Positions 58,396 through 64,000 of a DNA stretch of 64,000 bases are shown here, in pieces. The stretch covers positions 352,001-416,000 of the forward strand of contig JBGASG010000004.1 in assembly GCA_044229845.1 (NCBI GenBank), in the 5' to 3' direction. The DNA is from Candidatus Obscuribacteraceae bacterium (GTDB lineage Bacteria > Cyanobacteriota > Vampirovibrionia > Obscuribacterales > Obscuribacteraceae). The stretch's first letter is position 1, and the number at the start of each line of letters is the position of its first letter. The translations under genes and the position numbers were made by a program. Under the pieces are notes generated by a model, which had not been told where the DNA came from, searched no databases, and saw only the letters and a list, made by a program, of their open reading frames with translations.

Positions 58396-59337
58396 ATGGG
58401 ATTTCTTGGAGACGCAGCCGGCTTCGTCGGCGACAAGGCTGAAGACGCCGGTGGTTTCGTCGCCGACACAGCTAGTGATGTCAAAAATGTGGTCACCGAC
58501 GACATAGCGCCGACCGGACTGGAAGTGTTCCGGACAGCCGCCTGGGCAGGCAGCGAGATGCTCGCCTCACCGGTCAACCATTCGGCTCACATGCTTTCAT
58601 CAATAACCGGCAAGGACGTGCCCGAACTTCACCTCGTCGGCAAGTCCGACACGGTCAATGCCGTCGAAGATAAGCTGGCACCGGTGCTCAACGCGGTCAA
58701 CTACGTCGACAACTTGAAAGACGAGTTCACTCAAGCCACCGCCTACGCTGCTGTGCAGCAGACCGTCGACGGCGTCTCGCAGCTCACCAACAAGGTCGCC
58801 GGCACCGAACTTATACCGCACGTCGATATCATCGAAAAACCGGAAGCCGCCGAAAAATGGTCGCCGGAGTGGCTCGTCCAACAGGGCGGACTGGCTGTCG
58901 GCACCGCCGCACCGATCTTGCTGGGCGGCAGCACCATCGCGGCTCGCCTCGGTCCGCGTGCCATGGCTCTTGCCGGCGTCGAAGTGACCGCGGAAAGCAG
59001 CGCCGGCGTGCAGCTGGCAACGAAAGTAGCCGGCAGCGCGCCCGTTAGTTTCGGCTACAACTTCTTCATGCGCCCATCGGCGCAGGGCGAGAATTTCTGG
59101 GAATCACGGCTCACCAACGGCTCCATCGGCGCGTTTCTTTCAGGCGGACAGACCGCCCTGCGCACCAGCACCAACTTGCTGAACGGATTTACCGGCGAAG
59201 CGGTCCACACAGCTGTCGACACCAATGCCCGCACGGCGCTCAAAGGCGAAGGTCTGGCGTCACCGGAAGATTACGTGCAGGGCGGCTTCAGCAAGGCGGC
59301 ATCCACAGCCAACTCCGCAGTGTCCGGCGACGGTTAG
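58396..59337 (+). CDS. Ala/Gly-rich hypothetical protein
   Basis: Long ORF; upstream TTGACA-16 nt-TACAAT at 58244-58271; N-terminal duplication DAAGFVGDKA/DAGGFVADTA. Confidence 0.8.
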   Translation: MGFLGDAAGFVGDKAEDAGGFVADTASDVKNVVTDDIAPTGLEVFRTAAWAGSEMLASPVNHSAHMLSSITGKDVPELHLVGKSDTVNAVEDKLAPVLNAVNYVDNLKDEFTQATAYAAVQQTVDGVSQLTNKVAGTELIPHVDIIEKPEAAEKWSPEWLVQQGGLAVGTAAPILLGGSTIAARLGPRAMALAGVEVTAESSAGVQLATKVAGSAPVSFGYNFFMRPSAQGENFWESRLTNGSIGAFLSGGQTALRTSTNLLNGFTGEAVHTAVDTNARTALKGEGLASPEDYVQGGFSKAASTANSAVSGDG

Positions 59338-59338
59338 T

Positions 59339-59392
59339 AGGGTTGCGATAACCCATCATTTTCGAGGTAAAAAGATGGGTTATCGCAACCCT
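59339..59392. repeat. Perfect 19-bp inverted repeat with 16-nt spacer (REP/MITE-like)
   Basis: AGGGTTGCGATAACCCATC...GATGGGTTATCGCAACCCT. Confidence 0.9.
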
Positions 59393-59892
59393 TGGCAACG
59401 CGCGCCTCGCCTTGGAGTGTCCCTCGCAGTTCGGGCGAGTAGCACGCACGGTGGTTACATATAAATTGCAGTATTTATAATTTCTATATGTCCACGTACA
59501 GCGCTCACCGCGGACATAAATCCCAATACCAGTGCCGCTCCTCAGGTCGCGCCGGCCACTTCGCTAACCGAGCCACCTAGCGCAGATAACGAAGGTCGCG
59601 CTCGCCACCAGGCTTAATTCAGTGTGGCATTTACGAAGTCAAGCGCACATCTTGAGCGTGCTTTTATTTACCCAGCCTGCATCAGCACAGCCTCTTCTCA
59701 TAGTTTCAGGAACCTCTTTCCATAACCGTCCTCACTGGGTTCTCACCGTCTAAAAGTTTGCTCCCTACAGCCGCAGGGTTTCTCCAGCGCCATCGTATAT
59801 GGTGCACGGCTGGAAGACGGTTCGAAAGAGTGGATGGAACGCGCTCATCCTCAGCCTAGCGCGAGCAACCTTCGCAACAGGAAACCTGAAAC

Positions 59893-61434
59893 ATGCGAAA
59901 ACTCAAAATGGCGGCTATGGCCCTGCTTCTGGCAGCCGCTGGTGCGCTCCTCACGTCGCAGACCTTCGCCCAAGCCCAGACGCCTGCCGCCGCCGCTCCC
60001 GAAAGCGTCGTCGCGTCGGACAACCTGGTGGTCGCCGAGCCGGCCAGCAAGGTCGACCTCACCGTCTACGGCAACTCCTACGCGCAGATTCAAGAGTCGC
60101 GCACGGTGAAGCTGAAGGCGGGCAAAAACCGCGTGCAACTGAACGGCATCGCCCAGCGCTACCGTCAGGACAGCCTGCGCATCATCGAAGCGCACGGTCC
60201 CTCCAAGCTGGCGTACCTGGGCGCCAACTACCAGCCCGCCAACCTGACCACCGAACGCCTCCTGGCGCTCTCGGTCGGCAAGGAGATCACAGCTCGCCGG
60301 TTCACGACCGACGGCTTGCAGGCGGTGACCGGGACGCTGCAGAGCGTCAACGGCAACTCACTGGTGCTCACATCCGGAGGCAAGACCGAACTGGTCTCCG
60401 CCGCCGACGTGACGCTTTTGACCACGCCTGAAGGTCTCTCGAACACGGCTTCGCTCGTGGTCGATGTGACCGTCGCCACCGCCGGTGCCTACACGCTCGA
60501 CTTCATCTACGAGACGGAAGGCATCACCTGGTCGGCGAAGCACACGCTCGTCTACGACGACACCACCTCGACCGTGAAGAGCTGGGAGACCAGCGTCTTC
60601 CTCGTCAACGAGAGCGGCACCAACTTCAAGAACGCCACGCTGCGCCTGCTCTCCGGCGCCGTGGCTGGTGACGAAGGCGGTCCCGGCGGCATGTACGAGC
60701 GCGCTGCGGCGGCTCGGGTCCAATCGCTCGCGGACAGTGCGGCCACCGTCGAAAACGTTGGCGACCAGAAGGTCTTCGAGATTCCCGGCACCGTCGATCT
60801 GGGCGCCGGTCAGTCCCGACAGATCCCGCTTTTCACGGGCAACGACGTGCCGGTCAAGCAGGCTTACGCGGTGGGCAATGCGTCCAGCCGCTACGGCTAC
60901 ACGACCGACCGCAAGCAGAACGCCACCATCCGTCTGACGGTGGAAAACTGCGACAAGTACCATCTCGGCAAGCCGCTGCCCGCGGGCGCCGTCAAAGTCT
61001 ACCAGTTCAACTCTGCCAAGAAACTGCAACTGGTGGGCTCGACGCATGTCTCCGACAAGGCAACTGATGAAATCTTCGACCTCAACATCGGCACGTCTTC
61101 CGACGTGAAGTGGGAGTTGAAGTACGTCGGCGCCAAAGACGTCGAGGACGCGGCCGCAACGCAAGGCGCAACGCAACAGGGCACTCGTCCCAACGGCGCG
61201 GCCCCGCAGCAGGACAACACTCCCAAGTTCGAGGATCGCACCTACGAACTGGTGGTGTACAACTACAAAACCGATCGGGGCGTCACCGCCAAGATCGAAA
61301 TGCAGGTTCCGGCCAAGCAAGAGCTGGAGCCGTTCTGGAGCCGCCCGCGCGCTGACCGTGCGGAAGCCTCCGTCGACGTCGCGAAGAGCGACAAGAAGTC
61401 GGTGCGCATCACGGTGCGCGTCCAGGTGCGCTAA
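59893..61434 (+). CDS. Secreted DUF4139/DUF4140-domain protein
   Basis: Signal peptide; DLTVYGN...IQESR, VNESGTNF.NATLRLLSG, GKPLPAGAVKVY. Confidence 0.85.
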   Translation: MRKLKMAAMALLLAAAGALLTSQTFAQAQTPAAAAPESVVASDNLVVAEPASKVDLTVYGNSYAQIQESRTVKLKAGKNRVQLNGIAQRYRQDSLRIIEAHGPSKLAYLGANYQPANLTTERLLALSVGKEITARRFTTDGLQAVTGTLQSVNGNSLVLTSGGKTELVSAADVTLLTTPEGLSNTASLVVDVTVATAGAYTLDFIYETEGITWSAKHTLVYDDTTSTVKSWETSVFLVNESGTNFKNATLRLLSGAVAGDEGGPGGMYERAAAARVQSLADSAATVENVGDQKVFEIPGTVDLGAGQSRQIPLFTGNDVPVKQAYAVGNASSRYGYTTDRKQNATIRLTVENCDKYHLGKPLPAGAVKVYQFNSAKKLQLVGSTHVSDKATDEIFDLNIGTSSDVKWELKYVGAKDVEDAAATQGATQQGTRPNGAAPQQDNTPKFEDRTYELVVYNYKTDRGVTAKIEMQVPAKQELEPFWSRPRADRAEASVDVAKSDKKSVRITVRVQVR

Positions 61435-61478
61435 GCGCGCCGCAACAACCGATGAACGGCGCTCCGCGTCGCTCATCC

Positions 61479-61553
61479 GGGTGCTCTGACGAAAACGGTT
61501 GACTGACGAAACGGAATCACGTCCGCGTCATCAACCGGTAGAGTCAGGCACCC
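61479..61553 (+). ncRNA. Candidate structured RNA (long bulged hairpin)
   Basis: Nested pairings GGGTGC/GCACCC, CTGAC/GTCAG, CGGTTGA/TCAACCG, TGACG/CGTCA, CGGA/TCCG; family not recognised. Confidence 0.35.
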
Positions 61554-61592
61554 ACACCTCCGGACGGCCCCTCGCGCCCGGAGGTGTTTTTT
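61554..61592 (+). terminator. Rho-independent terminator
   Basis: ACACCTCCGG/CCGGAGGTGT stem followed by a T tract. Confidence 0.85.
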
Positions 61593-61700
61593 GATTTCCC
61601 TAGCTTCTATCTGCCATAGTATTTCAAGGACAAAGAAACCGCGCCGGATCGGCGGCACCATCCGTGGTGCACACCGATCCGGCGACAGTTTCTTGCCTGG

Positions 61701-64000
61701 TCACTTCTCGTCGCGGGTGTACTTGAAGTAGGCCCAGGCGCCCGTCAGCACCACGATGGCGGCACCGAGGAAGCTGAGGAAGCGCAGCACGTCGCTGGCT
61801 CCGCGCATATCCAGCCAGAGCAGCTTGCCGATCAGCGCGATGCACAGCAAGAGCCCGGCCGAGCGCACGAAGTACTCACGGAAAGCGAAGCCGATCACCA
61901 GCAGCAACGCCCCCTCAATCGCCCACGCCACGGTAGTGCCCGTCAGCGAAAGCAACGCAGGAGCCGTCACAGCCATGAGCACCGCCGGCAGTAGGGCGTA
62001 CGCCTCACGTGCCACGGGGGTTTCAGCTTCGGCAGCCGGCAACTGCGCGCCGACCAGCCCCGCCTGCCCATCGGTCACCGTCAGGAAACGGTAGCCGAGC
62101 CCGACCAGGGCGAGCAGCGCGGCAACACCGCCGTTAGCCAGCCAGGTCCAGGCGACCTCGTTGGCGAAAGCGTTGCCGATGCCGAACAGCGCGATGCCGA
62201 AGCCGACCGCTCCGAGATAGCGCAGCACCTTGACGCGCAGCAAGAGCCCTGCCACCGCCAGCAGTGTCGCCTGCACCGCCAGTTGCAGCACCGGCAGCAT
62301 GCTATCGGCGTGGTGCACGCAAAGCGTGAAGCCGTACATCAACACCGCGGTGGCGATGAAGTAAGCTTCCGACCGCGTCTGCACCTGTGTGTCGGTCGCC
62401 GGCCCGAGCCGGTAGATAAGACCGGCACCCAGCCCGATGGCAGCCAGCAAAGCCACCACGGGCAGACCGACCTCAGCAAAGCCGGTCAGGGCGACCAGCA
62501 CCGCACCGACGAAGAACGCGAACGCTCCGTTGGCAAACACCTGCCGCGGCGGCAGGAAGCTGACCGCCAGGAGCGCCAGCGCCTGCAGCCCCCAGACCAG
62601 GGGCAGCCACGCCGTCGGCACGTCGAGGAAGCCGACCACACCGGTGAGCGCCAGCGCCGCGCACAGGTAGCCGTGCCCGAACCACTGCTCGCTTTCCCGC
62701 CGCTCGAACCGCGCCACCTGGTAGAGCCCGTAACAGCCGGCGAAGGCGCCCGCCGCCACCAGACCAATCAGCGAACGCGCCGGAATCGCCAGACCGACCA
62801 GGTCGAAGGTGCGCTCGGAGGGGAACTCGAAGAGAGCCAGGTGCCCCACGCAGAGCGCCGACAGCACCGCCGCGAAGTAACGCAGCACCGGCATGCCGGT
62901 GCGCTTTCCGATCGCCGTCAGCGCCGCCGCCTCCAGGAGCCAGACCGCCGCCACAGCCTGTCCATCCAGCTTGAGCGGGACACAGGCAGTGACGAATTGC
63001 AGCCCCAGCACCAGCACCACTGAAGAAACCAACTTGTCGCGCCGATTGTAGAGAGGCACGGACAGCAGGTAGGCGATGCCCACGCCGAGCAGAAACACCC
63101 AGCGCAGCTCGGGGAACACGGACCCCATCTGGAACATCGTCGGAACGATGAACGCGGCGGCATTCGCGATCATCACGGCGATGATGGTGCTGCGCCGCGT
63201 GTTGCCGGCTTCGTCGCCGCCACTGAGCAGGAAGCCGATCAGGTTGAAAGCCAGCCAGTAGACGGCCAGGAACGCCCCGCAGAGCGTCAGACCGGCAGTG
63301 GCGGTGGCGGTCGATGCCATCACCTGCGGCTGGGTGAAGATGAGAAACGTCGCGTACGACGCCGCCGCGCCCACCGCGTAGACGGTGTACCAGCGCATGC
63401 GCACAGTGGACAGCACCAGCCCTGTGAGAATCAGCGCCGACGCCACCACGGAGAAGAGGCTCACCGTGCTCAGCGAAAGCGTCACGAAGGACAGCACCAC
63501 CGACAAGAGCGCAATCGGTTCGCTGCGCCGCCAGACCGCATGCAGTCCGGCTGCCAGCGCCAGCGAGAGCATGGCAATCGAGCTGGGCAAGGCGCCCTCG
63601 ATCACCCGCAAGCTCTCGATGTGGTGCGCGGCGTAGAACATGAATTGACCGACGGCGTAACCGACGGCCACGAGCGCCTGGCTCCACCAGCCGATCTTTT
63701 CGTCGCGCGACCAGCGGTCGCCGAAGAAGATCAGCCCGGCAGCGGTCAAGCCGAGCGCCGCCAGCTTGATCTCGGCACCGATGTACGAGTAGGCGAGCAT
63801 GGCGCCCCAGACGAGGGCGATGGCGAGCAGCAGCGCGCCGCCGGTGGCCATGCCGTACTTGCCGAACCACTTCTCGAATGCCAGCCAGGCATCGCGGATG
63901 GAGGTGTCGGGCACGCGCGGCTGGTCGCCAGGGGCATCGCCGCCATCCGGGGTTGACACCGGCGGCGGTGGCGCCGGCAAGGGGGTTGGCTTGGGGGCGG
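61701..64000 (-). CDS. DUF2339-like predicted polytopic membrane protein (5' end probably outside the window)
   Basis: FEKWFGKYG, many TMs, C-terminal GKLLWLDM...RFLSFLGAA; frame open to the window edge. Confidence 0.85.
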   Translation of the reverse strand, partial: APKPTPLPAPPPPVSTPDGGDAPGDQPRVPDTSIRDAWLAFEKWFGKYGMATGGALLLAIALVWGAMLAYSYIGAEIKLAALGLTAAGLIFFGDRWSRDEKIGWWSQALVAVGYAVGQFMFYAAHHIESLRVIEGALPSSIAMLSLALAAGLHAVWRRSEPIALLSVVLSFVTLSLSTVSLFSVVASALILTGLVLSTVRMRWYTVYAVGAAASYATFLIFTQPQVMASTATATAGLTLCGAFLAVYWLAFNLIGFLLSGGDEAGNTRRSTIIAVMIANAAAFIVPTMFQMGSVFPELRWVFLLGVGIAYLLSVPLYNRRDKLVSSVVLVLGLQFVTACVPLKLDGQAVAAVWLLEAAALTAIGKRTGMPVLRYFAAVLSALCVGHLALFEFPSERTFDLVGLAIPARSLIGLVAAGAFAGCYGLYQVARFERRESEQWFGHGYLCAALALTGVVGFLDVPTAWLPLVWGLQALALLAVSFLPPRQVFANGAFAFFVGAVLVALTGFAEVGLPVVALLAAIGLGAGLIYRLGPATDTQVQTRSEAYFIATAVLMYGFTLCVHHADSMLPVLQLAVQATLLAVAGLLLRVKVLRYLGAVGFGIALFGIGNAFANEVAWTWLANGGVAALLALVGLGYRFLTVTDGQAGLVGAQLPAAEAETPVAREAYALLPAVLMAVTAPALLSLTGTTVAWAIEGALLLVIGFAFREYFVRSAGLLLCIALIGKLLWLDMRGASDVLRFLSFLGAAIVVLTGAWAYFKYTRDEK

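Noticed and set aside
59818..59845. TTCGAAAGAGTGG resembling part of a c-di-GMP-I riboswitch
   Set aside because: The flanking GGCAAA and GACGCAAA elements and the second stem are absent
61486..61512. CTGACGA...GAAA suggesting a hammerhead ribozyme core
   Set aside because: The three-way junction and cleavage triplet could not be built; the region folds better as a simple rod

Overview
Chromosomal window, probably from a non-photosynthetic cyanobacterial relative (Vampirovibrionia/Obscuribacterales). This is inferred from a cyanobacteria-type GuaA insert ([17 protein letters not shown]) and the mix of orphan genes. No rRNA, tRNA, CRISPR array, integrase or transposase was recognised. Recognisable genes include a Kef-type antiporter, a sensor kinase, three tandem thioredoxins, tsaD, ridA, a partial Tad/Cpa pilus locus with two cpaB copies, guaA, a NemR-like TetR, clostripain-like, M16 and CPBP proteases, a cysteine desulfurase, a lytic transglycosylase, and DUF4139 and DUF2339 proteins. 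Best leads: (1) an FtsH-type protease with three complete tandem AAA+ modules in one chain, directly behind a trio of thioredoxins with apparently different localisation; (2) a nucleotide-sugar dehydrogenase/DegT aminotransferase fusion in which both halves have lost their catalytic residues; (3) a TetR operator present four times, apparently controlling a locus with a duplicated 26-aa N-terminal mini-ORF; (4) a GC-rich orphan operon at 52.9-58.1 kb with two paralog pairs, lambda-N-like Arg-rich peptides (one nested in frame in a larger gene), an LRR protein and a SQW(Q/R) tetrapeptide-repeat protein; (5) three secreted Gly-rich orphans next to the Tad locus; (6) candidate structured RNAs. All family assignments are from motif recognition by eye, not database searches.
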